A DNA stretch of 64,000 nt from Rubripirellula sp. (GTDB lineage Bacteria > Planctomycetota > Planctomycetia > Pirellulales > Pirellulaceae), in assembly GCA_965216875.1 (NCBI GenBank), contig OZ244207.1:4384001-4448000 (forward strand). Reading direction: 5' to 3'. Made by a program: the position numbers and the translations under genes. Under the pieces are notes generated by a model that was not told the origin of the DNA, made no database searches, and saw nothing but the letters and a program-made list of their open reading frames with translations. Positions 21,944-33,098 of the stretch are shown here, piece after piece. Positions within the stretch are counted from its first letter, which is position 1; the number at the start of each line of letters is the position of its first letter.

Positions 21944-23026
21944 TTGTCGGACAACGAAAATCCAGAGATTGAAAAGACTGTCATCATCGGAAGCGGCCCC
22001 GCAGGCTGGTCAGCAGCGATTTATGCAGCTCGAGCGAACCTGAATCCGCTCGTCTTTGAAGGCACAATCAAGCCAGAAATGATCCCGCTCGGTCAGCTCG
22101 CCTTCACCACCGAAGTCGAAAACTACCCCGGGTTCCCGGCGGGCAACGTACGCGCCTTTATCGAAAGTGCTGTCGCAAAGGATCGCCACTACAACTTGCC
22201 GATGGTGCCAGCCGGCCACGAAAAAGAGGGTCAGCCCCATTACGCCGTCCAAGGCGTCGAGTTGATGGAGCTGATGAAGCAGCAGGCGCTCAACTTTGGC
22301 ACACGCGTGATCGGCGACGACATCGAAAGTGTCGACTTCTCCGGCCCCGTGCATGTGCTCAACCCCGCTTCGGGCGAACCGGTCAAGGCTCGCACCGTGA
22401 TCATCGCCACCGGTGCACGCGCCAATTACTTGGGTCTGCCTTCGGAAGAAGAATACAAGAACAAGGGCGTCAGTGCGTGTGCGGTCTGCGATGGTGCCCT
22501 GCCAACGTATCGCGCTAAACCGCTTGCCGTTGTTGGCGGTGGTGACTCAGCCGTGGAAGAAGCGACCTACCTCGCCAATCTCGACCGCGCCGACACGATC
22601 CACATGATCGTCCGCCGCGACCAGATGCGGGCATCAAAGGTGATGCAGGAGCGAGCACTGAATCATCCAAAGATCAATGTGGTCTGGAACAGCGTGGTTG
22701 ATGAAGTGATCGGCGACGGGAATCTCGTGACCGGCTTGAAACTCAAGAGCACCAAAGACGATTCGATCAGCGACTTGGCCGTCGGTGGCATGTTTGTGGC
22801 GATTGGCCACACACCGAACACCGCCTTCTTGGACGGTGCGGTCAAAATGAACGAAGCCGGCTACATCCAGTGGCAGCTTCCGTTCCGCACCAACACCAGC
22901 GTCCCGGGTGTTTTTGCTGCAGGCGACGTCGCAGACGATTATTATCGTCAGGCAATCACTTCGGCAGGCACTGGCTGTATGTCAGCTTTGGATGCCGAGC
23001 GATACCTTGTGGAACTGGAATCGTAG
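21944..23026 (+). CDS. trxB: Thioredoxin reductase
   Basis: [46 protein letters not shown] start inferred. Confidence 0.93.
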   Translation: MSDNENPEIEKTVIIGSGPAGWSAAIYAARANLNPLVFEGTIKPEMIPLGQLAFTTEVENYPGFPAGNVRAFIESAVAKDRHYNLPMVPAGHEKEGQPHYAVQGVELMELMKQQALNFGTRVIGDDIESVDFSGPVHVLNPASGEPVKARTVIIATGARANYLGLPSEEEYKNKGVSACAVCDGALPTYRAKPLAVVGGGDSAVEEATYLANLDRADTIHMIVRRDQMRASKVMQERALNHPKINVVWNSVVDEVIGDGNLVTGLKLKSTKDDSISDLAVGGMFVAIGHTPNTAFLDGAVKMNEAGYIQWQLPFRTNTSVPGVFAAGDVADDYYRQAITSAGTGCMSALDAERYLVELES

Positions 23027-23125
23027 GCAGCGATTTCCGTTTCCCTCCCCATCAGGTCGCGCCCCGCCTCCTCACTTCGGGCGCGACCGACACGTTCCGA
23101 CGCTCCCTCCACACAGTGACCCACC

Positions 23126-24787
23126 ATGACCGACGATTCGCAACCTTCACGCGAAGAGCAACTGCTTGAAGAAGCAGCCACCAAAGGAATGCTCGGCAAG
23201 GCCGCCATCTATTCGCGGCTTTCCGGTCCCGGTTGGTTGCAGGGCGCGATCACACTCGGCGGTGGCTCGCTTGCCGGAGCGTTGTACCTTGGCGTGATCA
23301 TGGGCTACCGCATGATGTGGTTGCAGCCGATCGCAATGGTGCTTGGCGTGATCATGCTCGGCGCGATTTCGTACGTTGCCTTGTCGACCGGCGAGCGCCC
23401 TTTCCAAACGCTCAAGACTCACATCAGCCCCGTGTTGGCGTGGGGATGGCTGATCGCCACGATCATGGCCAACATCGTTTGGTGCTTGCCCCAATTCGCC
23501 CTTGGCACGGCCGCCGTCCAGCAAAACCTGGTTCCGTCACTCGGTGACGAAGGGATGAAGCTCCCCGTCGCAATCGTGATTCTTGTGGTCGCCTCGGTCG
23601 TCGTTTGGTTTTACAACTCAGGCAGCAAAGGGATCAAACTTTTTGAGTTGATCCTCAAGGCGATGGTCGGCGTCGTTGTCCTTTCATTTTTTGGGGTCGT
23701 GATCGCACTGACTGGCAAGGGTGCACTCGACTGGGGACAGATCGGGTCGGGATTGATCCCCAACTTGAAGTACCTTTTCGAACCTGTCCCCGCGCTCGCC
23801 GACACCATTGCCCAAACGGGTGACTACAGCGATTGGTGGACGGGCAAGGTTGCCGGAATCCAGAAAGACCGCATCATCACCGCCTTCGCCACGGCGGTCG
23901 GGATCAACATGACCTTCCTGCTTCCTTATTCGATGCTTCGAAAGGGCTGGGGCGTCAAACAACGCGGGCTGGCGATCTTCGATTTGTCGATCGGACTGAT
24001 CGTTCCCTTCGTCTTGGCAACAGGTTGTGTCGTGATCGCCGCAGCCAGCCAATTTCACGGCAAAACAACCGACGTGTTGTCAGCCGTCGAAGAAGGGAAG
24101 GGCGGTAAAGAGGTCAAAGAGTACTTCAAGTTCGTCGACCAACGGATCAAAGCGGAAAACCCAGAGATCTCCGACGACGCGTTGGCGGCTGCTCGTGATG
24201 CATTGCCCGAAGCCGATCGCCAACTCGCCGCGATGCTCGCCGGCCGAGACAACTTGGCACTCGCCGGAACACTCGAGCCATTGGTTGGAAAAACCGTTGC
24301 TCAAACCCTGTTCGGCGTCGGCGTGCTCGGAATGGCCGTCTCGACAATCATTATTCTGATGCTGATCAACGGCTTCGCATTCTGTGAATTGCTCAATGTG
24401 CCTGGCGAAGGAACGATGCACCGCATTGGCAGCATGATCCCTGCCGTGGGTGTCGTCGGCCCGGTGGTTTGGGGCGCAGCCGCTCCGGCGTTGGCCACAC
24501 CAACGTCAGTGATTGGCGGGGCGATGCTGCCGATCGCCTACCTTTCGTTCCTGCTGCTGATGAATTCACGCAGTGCCCTTGGCGATTCGATGCCAAGCGG
24601 AATCAAACGTCTGGTCTTCAATATCTTGATGGTTGCCGCGACCGTGATCGCAGGCTTCGCATCGGCCTGGGGCTTGTACGGCAAAGAGATGTACAATTTC
24701 CCAATCGGCAACCTGGCACTCGCCGTTCTCGGCGTCATGCTGTTGCTCGGTGTAGTCGGATTCTTGGGCAAGCAAGGTAAGAACTAG
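23126..24787 (+). CDS. NRAMP/MntH-related (APC superfamily) divalent-metal transporter
   Basis: GPGWLQGAITLGGGS and TAVGINMTFLLPY motifs, about 11 TM segments. Confidence 0.75.
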   Translation: MTDDSQPSREEQLLEEAATKGMLGKAAIYSRLSGPGWLQGAITLGGGSLAGALYLGVIMGYRMMWLQPIAMVLGVIMLGAISYVALSTGERPFQTLKTHISPVLAWGWLIATIMANIVWCLPQFALGTAAVQQNLVPSLGDEGMKLPVAIVILVVASVVVWFYNSGSKGIKLFELILKAMVGVVVLSFFGVVIALTGKGALDWGQIGSGLIPNLKYLFEPVPALADTIAQTGDYSDWWTGKVAGIQKDRIITAFATAVGINMTFLLPYSMLRKGWGVKQRGLAIFDLSIGLIVPFVLATGCVVIAAASQFHGKTTDVLSAVEEGKGGKEVKEYFKFVDQRIKAENPEISDDALAAARDALPEADRQLAAMLAGRDNLALAGTLEPLVGKTVAQTLFGVGVLGMAVSTIIILMLINGFAFCELLNVPGEGTMHRIGSMIPAVGVVGPVVWGAAAPALATPTSVIGGAMLPIAYLSFLLLMNSRSALGDSMPSGIKRLVFNILMVAATVIAGFASAWGLYGKEMYNFPIGNLALAVLGVMLLLGVVGFLGKQGKN

Positions 24788-24823
24788 AGCAGGTTGTCGC
24801 TGACACTGGCCCAACCCAAAGAA

Positions 24824-24916
24824 ACCCTCCTTTCCAAGGAGGGTCGGGCGCTAAAGCCCGGGGAGGTTCCGTTGTTGCCGAAACGAGGTTCCTCGCGTCC
24901 CTCCCGGAGGGAGGGT
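24824..24916. repeat. ccctcc/ggaggg multi-hairpin palindromic repeat
   Basis: Related, more complete copy at 46378-46486. Confidence 0.7.
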
Positions 24917-24957
24917 ATTGTTAAACCACAAAGACCTTTCATCGACGGATTGAACAG

Positions 24958-26352
24958 ATGAGCCAATGGATAAGCATCGTCGACGCTCGGCAAGCGTCGG
25001 CGGCAGGCAAGACCTGCGAGGTTCGCGGTTGGGTTCGAACGCGCCGCGACAGCAAGGCCGGGTTTAGCTTTATCGAAGTCAACGACGGCAGTTCGATGGG
25101 CAACCTGCAGGTCGTCGCGCCGGCGGAATTGTCCAACTACGCCGACGAGATCCAAAAGCTGGGTGCCGGTTGCAGCATCGTTGCGGTGGGTGAGATCCAA
25201 GAGTCACCCGCCAAGGGACAGGCGACCGAAATGCACGCTACCGAAGTGCGTGTGATCGGCTGGGCTGATCCCGAGTCGTACCCACTTCAAAAGAAACGCC
25301 ACTCCTTCGAAAAACTGCGCGAGTGGGCCCACCTGCGTCCTCGAACCAACACGATCGGCGCCGTGATGCGAGTGCGAAATCAAATCTCGCAATCGATTCA
25401 TCAGTTCTATCACGACAATGGTTTCTTTTACGTTCACACGCCGATCATCACCGCAAGTGATTGCGAAGGTGCCGGCGAAATGTTCCGCGTCACATCGCTT
25501 GACCTCGAGATGCTTGCCAAGAAGGGCGGGCCGGTCAACTACGACTATGACTTCTTTGACAAGCCAACGTTCTTGACGGTCAGCGGTCAACTCGAAGCCG
25601 AAACCTATGCCACTTCGCTTGGGCGCGTTTACACGTTTGGCCCGACGTTCCGCGCCGAAAACAGCAACACGAGCCGCCATCTGGCCGAGTTTTGGATGGT
25701 CGAACCCGAGGCGGCCTTCTTCGATTTATCCGACAACATGAAGTTGGCCGAAGACTTCTTGAAACGGATCTTTGGCGATTGCTTGAATCATTGCGACGAA
25801 GACATGCAGTTCTTTGATCTGCGCATTGAAAAAGGCAAGATCGAGCAAATCAAATCGGTCGTCGAAAAACCCTTCGCGCACATGACTTACACCGAAGCGA
25901 TCGACGTGTTGACTTCGTGCAGCGAAAAGTTCGAGTACCCGGTTTCTTGGGGCACCGACCTGCAAGCCGAGCACGAGCGTTACCTTACCGAAAAACATGT
26001 CCAAGGACCGCTGATCCTGACCGACTATCCATCGTCCATCAAACCGTTCTACATGCGTGTCAGCGACGATGGCAAAACGGTCGCCGCGATGGATGTTCTG
26101 GTTCCGGGCGTCGGGGAAATCATCGGCGGCAGCCAACGCGAAGAACGACTCGATGTTTTGCAGCGCCGCATGGACGAAGCCGGCCTCGACCAATCCGAAT
26201 ACTGGTGGTACGTCGACCTGCGGCGATTTGGAACGGTTCCGCACGCTGGCTTTGGGCTCGGCCTCGAACGTGCCGTCCAATATGTCACGGGCATGGCCAA
26301 CATTCGCGACGTGATTCCCTTCCCGCGCACCCCGGGTAGCGCCGAGTTCTAA
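24958..26352 (+). CDS. asnS: Asparagine-tRNA ligase
   Basis: [49 protein letters not shown]. Confidence 0.97.
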   Translation: MSQWISIVDARQASAAGKTCEVRGWVRTRRDSKAGFSFIEVNDGSSMGNLQVVAPAELSNYADEIQKLGAGCSIVAVGEIQESPAKGQATEMHATEVRVIGWADPESYPLQKKRHSFEKLREWAHLRPRTNTIGAVMRVRNQISQSIHQFYHDNGFFYVHTPIITASDCEGAGEMFRVTSLDLEMLAKKGGPVNYDYDFFDKPTFLTVSGQLEAETYATSLGRVYTFGPTFRAENSNTSRHLAEFWMVEPEAAFFDLSDNMKLAEDFLKRIFGDCLNHCDEDMQFFDLRIEKGKIEQIKSVVEKPFAHMTYTEAIDVLTSCSEKFEYPVSWGTDLQAEHERYLTEKHVQGPLILTDYPSSIKPFYMRVSDDGKTVAAMDVLVPGVGEIIGGSQREERLDVLQRRMDEAGLDQSEYWWYVDLRRFGTVPHAGFGLGLERAVQYVTGMANIRDVIPFPRTPGSAEF

Positions 26353-27311
26353 TGAACGGGACCGCTGCCACCAAGGGTCGTCTCGCGCCGTCACCGACGG
26401 GAGCCCAGCACCTGGGAAACGCTCGCACCTACCTGCTTGCCTATTGGTCAGCCCGCAAGAACAACGCAAGGCTTGCGCTGCGCATCGAGGACGTCGATTC
26501 GCCACGCATCAAACCTTGGGCAATCGACCAAGCGATCGAAGACCTCGCTTGGCTTGGCATCACCTGGGAAGAGGGTCCAGACGTTGGTGGCCCCGACGCA
26601 CCGTACATTCAAACCGAGCGAATCGAGCTTTACCAAGACGCGCTCGCGTCATTGATTCAGCGCAACCTTGCTTTTCCATGCACTTGCACGCGCAGCGACA
26701 TTGAAGCGGCCGGCAGCGCGCCCCACTTTGAACACGAAGGCAAGGTTTACCCGGGCACCTGTGCGGCGTGGTCAACGGGAGACCCGCTCCCTGAAGACGG
26801 CACGTACTGCTGGCGATTCCGCGCCGGCTCGGCGGCCGTTTCTTTCGATGATGCCGTCATGGGAAACCAAACCTGTGTGCCGAGCCGTGACCTGGGCGAC
26901 TTTCCAATCACTCAAAAAAATGGCAACCCGTCGTACCAGCTTGCTGTCGTGGTCGACGACGCGGCAATGGGCATCGACGAAGTCGTACGCGGCGACGACC
27001 TGTTGGCGAGCACCTTTCGCCAAATCGAACTCTTTCGCGCCCTCGGCAAAACGGTCCCCAGTTTTGCTCACGTCCCACTCGTGCGCGGCACCGATGGTCG
27101 CCGGCTTGCCAAGCGGCACGGCGACACGCGACTAAGCCACTTTCGCGACCTCGGCATCAAGGCCGAACAAGTGGTTGCTTGGGCCGCGGTCACGTCGGGA
27201 TTTGCCGACGCCGGCGAGAGCGTCACCGCCGACTCGATTCCCGATCGATTCTGCTGGAGCAAGTTGCCGAGAGAATCGGTGATTGTTGAAAACAACCCCT
27301 TCCGTTCGTGA
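26352..27311 (+). CDS. gluQ: Glutamyl-Q tRNA(Asp) synthetase
   Basis: GRLAPSPTG, HLGN, LRIEDVD, YQLAVVVDD, RLAKRHG; no anticodon-binding domain. Confidence 0.9.
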   Translation: MNGTAATKGRLAPSPTGAQHLGNARTYLLAYWSARKNNARLALRIEDVDSPRIKPWAIDQAIEDLAWLGITWEEGPDVGGPDAPYIQTERIELYQDALASLIQRNLAFPCTCTRSDIEAAGSAPHFEHEGKVYPGTCAAWSTGDPLPEDGTYCWRFRAGSAAVSFDDAVMGNQTCVPSRDLGDFPITQKNGNPSYQLAVVVDDAAMGIDEVVRGDDLLASTFRQIELFRALGKTVPSFAHVPLVRGTDGRRLAKRHGDTRLSHFRDLGIKAEQVVAWAAVTSGFADAGESVTADSIPDRFCWSKLPRESVIVENNPFRS

Positions 27312-27373
27312 CGCGACCACTCGGGTATAATCCTCGGGCACGCTCACAACTCGAACGACACCTGAGGAATCCA

Positions 27374-28078
27374 ATGCAAGTCACGCGGGCTCTGTTCACC
27401 ACCTGCATCGTCGCTTTTTCAATCGCCGAACTATCTGCCGACGATTGGGCAAGTTCCGTCAAACTGCCGGAAGGCGAATCGGCGATCAAGTTGTTTGATG
27501 GCGAGTCGCTTGAGGGGTGGCAGGGGCTAAAGGACCAATACTGGAGCGTTGAAGACGGCGCGATCGTCGGTCGAAATGATCAGCGTGTTCCTGCGAGCAC
27601 TTATCTCTTCACCGACAAGAGCTACCGCAGTTTTCGGTTGTTGATGGAAGTCAAACAAACGATTGGCCCGAAGTACTCAAAGATGCATTCAGCGGTCTGT
27701 TGCCTCGGAGAAATCATCGAAGACAAAGGGCAAGCGTTTGGGTTCAAGGGTCCGCTGTTGATGTTCTGTCATGACTGGGGCATCTGGGATGCACACCGCC
27801 GCAACCGGTTTTATCCAGCGGGTCATCGAGGCACCTACATGCCCGGCGCCGAAAAGACAGGCGAATGGAATCAGATCGAAATCCTGGTGATCGGCAACCG
27901 TATTCGCATGGTGGCGGGCGGCAAGGTCGTGATCGATGTCACCGACAAACCCGAAATGTTGCGAGCCTCGCCGATTGGATTGCAGCTGCACAGCAACGCG
28001 AAGCCGCAAGAGTACCGGTTTCGCGGCCTCGTGCTTGTCGACCAACCGACCGATCAATTGTTGACCGCAACCAAGTAG
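27374..28078 (+). CDS. Secreted DUF1080 (3-keto-disaccharide hydrolase-like) protein
   Basis: Signal peptide, LFDGESLEGW, WSVEDGAIVG, GEWNQIEI, IGLQLH. Confidence 0.88.
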   Translation: MQVTRALFTTCIVAFSIAELSADDWASSVKLPEGESAIKLFDGESLEGWQGLKDQYWSVEDGAIVGRNDQRVPASTYLFTDKSYRSFRLLMEVKQTIGPKYSKMHSAVCCLGEIIEDKGQAFGFKGPLLMFCHDWGIWDAHRRNRFYPAGHRGTYMPGAEKTGEWNQIEILVIGNRIRMVAGGKVVIDVTDKPEMLRASPIGLQLHSNAKPQEYRFRGLVLVDQPTDQLLTATK

Positions 28079-28105
28079 TCTCCCTGCACAGCGCGAGCAC
28101 GTGAC

Positions 28106-29347
28106 ATGGACGTTGACGCATTCGTCGAAGCGATCATCAAACAGCCTCACGAGATGGACGCGCGACGTGTGTTTGCTGATTACCTCGATGAGATCGGCGA
28201 CCCACGTGCGGAATTGATTCGACTTCAGTTCGAACTCAATCCGCTCAGCCGCTTTGATCCCGCGCGGCGCAGGCTGCGATCCCGAGAATTGGAATTGGTT
28301 CGGGAGCATGGCTGCTTTGGCAGCGTGCCATCGATCGCCAAAGTGATTGGCACCGAAGGCGGTTTCATCGACGCCATTGAATTAACGGCGGCGAGGTTCC
28401 TTAAACACCAGGACGAGATCTTTGCATCTTCGCCGATTCGCAAAGTCGTGTTGGTCGGAAAGTCGAAGCGGATCGGAAAGCTGGCCGAGTCGCCGCATTT
28501 GAGTCAACTGACATCGCTGACACTGAAGAACAACGACGAACGTCGCGAAGTCCTTGCGCAAATCCTTACCCAAGGAGGCTGGCAACACATCGAGGAACTC
28601 GACTTGCGTGGTGACTGGGTCGACGACCATGCCGCTTCAACGATAGCGGACTCCGAAAAATTTGCGACGCTCAAGTCCGTCTCCCTCAGTGCCTGGAACT
28701 ACTCTGCCAATCGTGCCATTAGCCACCTGGCTGACTCGCGATTCGTCAACCAACTCGAAAAACTCGAGTTCAACGGCGTGGACGACAAGTCGTGTCGACA
28801 AGTGGCCACCAGCGCAAACTTCCGCAACCTCAAATCGATCGAGCTTGAAGGCCAAGGCATCTCAGTCGAGGGAATGCGTCAGCTACACACCAGCAAAAAC
28901 TATCCGGGACTCGATTCGCTTCGCATCTCGAACCAACGCTACCACTACTACCGCGGTGACGAAGACATCACCGAGGGCTCACCGTTTGATGTCGAAACCG
29001 GCGTCAACGGGATCACCCAACTCGAGGTCTTTGGTGGCTTTCGCGATGTGATCGTCGACGGGATCATACGGAATTTCCCCGATCTCGAAGTCCTGCGACT
29101 GTCAGAGAACATCATCAGCAATCAAGGAGCGATGACGCTTGCCAACAGCGGCTTGTTCAGCCAGCTTCGTGCGCTCTACCTGACGCACAACCGAATTGGC
29201 GTTGAAGGCTTGACGGCGATCGGGAAAGCACGGGAAGAAAACCGCGGCTTGAAGGTGTACCTGGACGGCAACAACGTGTCACGCAAGCAGATCAATGAGC
29301 TGCGCGATCGATTTGGCAAAACGTTCTTGACCGCCACGCCCTACTAG
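28106..29347 (+). CDS. TIGR02996 repeat-companion domain plus LRR protein
   Basis: AFVEAIIKQP..RRVFADYLDEIGDPRAELIRLQ followed by LRRs. Confidence 0.88.
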   Translation: MDVDAFVEAIIKQPHEMDARRVFADYLDEIGDPRAELIRLQFELNPLSRFDPARRRLRSRELELVREHGCFGSVPSIAKVIGTEGGFIDAIELTAARFLKHQDEIFASSPIRKVVLVGKSKRIGKLAESPHLSQLTSLTLKNNDERREVLAQILTQGGWQHIEELDLRGDWVDDHAASTIADSEKFATLKSVSLSAWNYSANRAISHLADSRFVNQLEKLEFNGVDDKSCRQVATSANFRNLKSIELEGQGISVEGMRQLHTSKNYPGLDSLRISNQRYHYYRGDEDITEGSPFDVETGVNGITQLEVFGGFRDVIVDGIIRNFPDLEVLRLSENIISNQGAMTLANSGLFSQLRALYLTHNRIGVEGLTAIGKAREENRGLKVYLDGNNVSRKQINELRDRFGKTFLTATPY

Positions 29348-29353
29348 TTCGTT

Positions 29354-29572
29354 GGTGCGTGCAAGCACGATAACGTTGATGGCTCTTCATGTAGGGTGTG
29401 TGCTTGCACGCACCGATCTTCATGAAGGAGTGGACGAGGCTACGAGTCCCTGACTCGCGAACGGAGATGCCGAAGACGCATCGATTCGGCAGCACAGAAG
29501 GTGCGTGCAAGCACGGCACCCTACCGATGCGCTGACTGGCTGCTCTGCTCGTGGCGTGCGTGCTTGCACGCG
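29354..29572. repeat. REP cluster including REPIN 29391-29524
   Basis: gtagggtgtgtgcttgcacgcacc ... ggtgcgtgcaagcacggcaccctac, plus two flanking partial copies. Confidence 0.88.
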
Positions 29573-29596
29573 CCGCGATCATCGCAAAGCGGCGGC

Positions 29597-29887
29597 TTAC
29601 AGGCGGCCGTCTTTTTCGAGCATCTCTTTGTACTCGTCACGCTCACGACGGGTCGCTTCGAGGTCAAAGATCAAGTACTTCATGTCCAAACGCAGCTGGG
29701 CCAAAGCTTCTTGCACCAAGTTCAAGATTCGTCGGCGGCGAGTGCTGCATTCGACAACGCGAGTCAGTGCGGGAGCGACTGCATCGCGGTAACGAGCTGG
29801 CAAGGCGTCGATCGCTTTGATCATTTCTTGCAATTCGACTGGGGTCTCGTCATTCAGCTTGCCGGCGGATCCAACGGTGTCTGGCAT
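29597..29887 (-). CDS. Small coiled-coil protein, planctomycete-type conserved hypothetical
   Basis: RRRRILNLVQEALAQLRLDMKYLIFDLEATRRERD; GGAG upstream of the ATG. Confidence 0.8.
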   Translation of the reverse strand: MPDTVGSAGKLNDETPVELQEMIKAIDALPARYRDAVAPALTRVVECSTRRRRILNLVQEALAQLRLDMKYLIFDLEATRRERDEYKEMLEKDGRL

Positions 29888-30266
29888 AGGGGTGGCTCCC
29901 AAAATTGTTCTCAAATGATGCGGGTGATTGAACAAGCATCCAATGCAGTCACAGTGCCGAAATCCTGCCGGCGGCCCCTGCCTGACGACGAAAACTCTTT
30001 CCCAGAAACGACTTAGGTTAATTCGGGGCGGTTTGATGTCAAAAGCCAACGATGCGTTTTGTCGACGCGGTTTCGACTTGGCTAGAGACCCTAAATCTTG
30101 GTATGGAAAGGCGTTACGTCAGCGGTGACGGCTGCGACTACCTTGTTGTGTTTTTTCAACACCATGTCGCGTGCACCGCACACCCGTTTGAGATGTTGCG
30201 TGGAATCAACGTTCCCGGCAACATGCGAGCGATTGTTTCGGGATCAGGATACCGAGTCAACTATCA

Positions 30267-33071
30267 ATGCGTCGCAGCGACGAATCGAATCGGAACGAGC
30301 GCCCAGATGCGCGGGCTAGTCAAAGTCTTCGCAACTGGCTGATCGCTCTGGCAACGTTTGCTTTTTGGGCCTCATCAAGTTTGCCGAGTGCCGATGCGCA
30401 GATCCACGACTCGCTCGATGCCCATCCACCCCGCTGGCACTTGGACACTTCGGATTGCGATGCTCAAACGATCAAGCAGGAGCATTTGCTTGACGGCGGA
30501 CTCGATGGTGGTGGCTGCGAGGCGATCACCTTCACTGCCAAGAATGGCACCGAGGCGATTCTTGTTTACCCGATCCAACCTGTCCAACCGCTTGATGATC
30601 TAACCGCCAACGTTTCGGTCATGAGCGCCAAGGCGGGAGCGAGGATTGGCTTTCGTGTTCGCTTCCCCTACTTACGAGACAAAGAGACGCGACGTCCGGT
30701 CGCCATCATTGTCTATGGAACCAGTTATGAATCGGGAGGCGGTTTTGGTTCCCTTGGTGTCGGCTTGATTGAACGGGAATTGCGCAAAAAGGTTGTGGTC
30801 GTTCGCCACGAGTACGGAAGCGACGCCGATGTGAGTGATCCTTACGTTGACGCTGTCGTGCTGAATGCGTACAGCGGTCCTGGAACGACGACGCTACGGA
30901 TGGACGAGCTACGGATTGATGGACTGATTCCGGTCGGTGAAGCGATCGTCACCGGAAACCGGCCTCCTACTCGCAATGACCGCGCGATCCCTCGACCTCA
31001 AGGCATGCTGAGAGTGTCCCCCGAGTCGGTGTCACCTCCCAACAACGGCGTCGTCCAGAATGGCAATCCGCAAAGCAACACGGAACGAAGCAACGAAACT
31101 GCGTTTCCTGTTGGACGTGTCACGCGAATCCTGCAGTACAACGACGAACCGTTGTCGTGGGTGCGGGCGTTGGGGTTTGACGCAGTCCTGCTTTCCAAGC
31201 CACCGACGGCTGCGATCCTGCGAGAGGCGATCAGTGCGCGTGTGGCCATTTATGCACCCCCGCCCTCGGCACCGGACCCACAGCTCGAACCGCTGCTTAC
31301 CGTCGTGAGAGGCTGGTATTTGGGAAGCGGCAAATCGCTCGACGGACGCCACCTGCAAGAGACGGCGCTGCGATGCGAACGTTTGCGCGCCTGGCCTTCG
31401 CGCTGGCAGCGTCCGTTGGTTGCCGCGCCTGCGGAACGTTGGCGCGAGTACGCAGCTCTAACGGATGCGTTGATCAACGACTTGCCCATTCGAAACCGCG
31501 GCATCAGCGGCGGCGAAGAGGTCGCCGAAATGAACCTCGTGACCAGCCGTGTCGGTGATCGCGTCGAATTGGGGGTTGGCATCGCCAGCATGCCCGCCGA
31601 GATCATGTTGAAACAAGCCGAAGCCATTTCCGACTTGATCGGCGCGCAACGGCCCGCTTCGTTTCGCTGGCACGCCATGTGGCTGCAAGCGATGCGCAGT
31701 CTCGAAACGACACCTTCGGCAATCCTCTTTCGATCATCTCGCTCACTGGCAAGCGGCAACGACTTGGCAAGCAATCGCTCGATGGCGCTCAGCTATGTCA
31801 ACCGCATGATCGCGATGATCAGTCCCTGGGTAGCCACCTCGACCCCGGCGCCGCCACCACCCATCGTCGGCGCCCCCTATCGATGCACGCGTTTGCAAAC
31901 CGGCAACTCGGATTTGCTGATTCTGACTTCCATCGCCACACGAGGATCCGAAGTCCTTGCCGGTGACGGGGATGAATTGCAGATCCAATTATCCCCCAAT
32001 GACCGAGCGAAAACGATTTGGCGGATGACGCACTTTTCTGCCGAACGTCTCACGAGCGAAACCACTGCGACCGGAATCAGCGTGCAAGTTGTCTCGCCTG
32101 ATGCGGTCGAAGTCATCGTGCTGAGCGGTGATCCCGAAGTGGGCACGCGTTTGGCTCAATCAGCCAGTCGGTTTGGGCGGCAAGCGGGATTGGATCGTTG
32201 GCAACTCGCAACGGAACTGGTTCGGCAAACACGAGATCAATGGAATTCAGCCGTTGGCATCCGCGCCGCCGATCGACCGTCGCCGACAAGCTTGCTGTCG
32301 GTCGCCGAAAGCACCATGGACCAAGCCGAACCGCTCTACCGAGCCGGTGACATCGAGGCCAGTTTGCGAATGGCACGGCGGGCCGATGCTTGGGCCTTGC
32401 GTTGCCAATGGCAGCTTTCCGAAGCACTGATGCCCGACTGGCCCAAACCGACGAGTTGCCCGCCCATGGATTGCGGCTGGGCAGACACTCAAATTGCCTG
32501 GCGTCCGTTGATGAATGCGGGCGGTTGGGGAAAAAACGTGCTCAGCAGTGGAACGCTCGACACCCAAGCGATTGCCGAACGCTGGTCCTTTGGCAAGCGA
32601 ATGGCCGGTCGCGTCGACAGTGAAGTGATGTTTGCATCACGCGGGACATTTCAAGGCACCGGGGCGCTGCGAGCTCGGGTCACTCCGCTTTCAGATGATC
32701 CGTTGCCAGGTGGGTACGAAGGAACAGCCGTCCAAATCCGCAGCCCTTCGGTGAAGGTCCCCGCAGGCAAAGCGATCCGCCTCGACGCGATGGTTCGCAC
32801 CCTTGGATTTGGCGGCGCGCACCAAGGCGTTCTTGTCTATGACACCGTTGGCGGACAAGAACTCGGCGTCCTTGTTCGCGGACGTTCCGACTGGACCCCC
32901 GTTCGCCTTTACCGACAAACAATCGCCGAGACGGATGTCAGCGTGATGTTCGAACTGATCGGAGGTGGTGAAGTCACGATCGATGATGTCGAGTTTCGAA
33001 TCTGGGATCCCGATTCACAACAGCCACTCCCCCTGCGTCCCATCGCGCAAGGCGATTCGACGCTGAGGTAG
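30267..33071 (+). CDS. Large secreted hypothetical protein with jelly-roll/CBM-like terminal domains
   Basis: Signal peptide (ADA|Q); both end domains finish in LRMDEL/VTIDDV-type strands. Confidence 0.8.
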   Translation: MRRSDESNRNERPDARASQSLRNWLIALATFAFWASSSLPSADAQIHDSLDAHPPRWHLDTSDCDAQTIKQEHLLDGGLDGGGCEAITFTAKNGTEAILVYPIQPVQPLDDLTANVSVMSAKAGARIGFRVRFPYLRDKETRRPVAIIVYGTSYESGGGFGSLGVGLIERELRKKVVVVRHEYGSDADVSDPYVDAVVLNAYSGPGTTTLRMDELRIDGLIPVGEAIVTGNRPPTRNDRAIPRPQGMLRVSPESVSPPNNGVVQNGNPQSNTERSNETAFPVGRVTRILQYNDEPLSWVRALGFDAVLLSKPPTAAILREAISARVAIYAPPPSAPDPQLEPLLTVVRGWYLGSGKSLDGRHLQETALRCERLRAWPSRWQRPLVAAPAERWREYAALTDALINDLPIRNRGISGGEEVAEMNLVTSRVGDRVELGVGIASMPAEIMLKQAEAISDLIGAQRPASFRWHAMWLQAMRSLETTPSAILFRSSRSLASGNDLASNRSMALSYVNRMIAMISPWVATSTPAPPPPIVGAPYRCTRLQTGNSDLLILTSIATRGSEVLAGDGDELQIQLSPNDRAKTIWRMTHFSAERLTSETTATGISVQVVSPDAVEVIVLSGDPEVGTRLAQSASRFGRQAGLDRWQLATELVRQTRDQWNSAVGIRAADRPSPTSLLSVAESTMDQAEPLYRAGDIEASLRMARRADAWALRCQWQLSEALMPDWPKPTSCPPMDCGWADTQIAWRPLMNAGGWGKNVLSSGTLDTQAIAERWSFGKRMAGRVDSEVMFASRGTFQGTGALRARVTPLSDDPLPGGYEGTAVQIRSPSVKVPAGKAIRLDAMVRTLGFGGAHQGVLVYDTVGGQELGVLVRGRSDWTPVRLYRQTIAETDVSVMFELIGGGEVTIDDVEFRIWDPDSQQPLPLRPIAQGDSTLR

Positions 33072-33098
33072 TGAGCGACAGGTCGCTCGTAACGCCGA

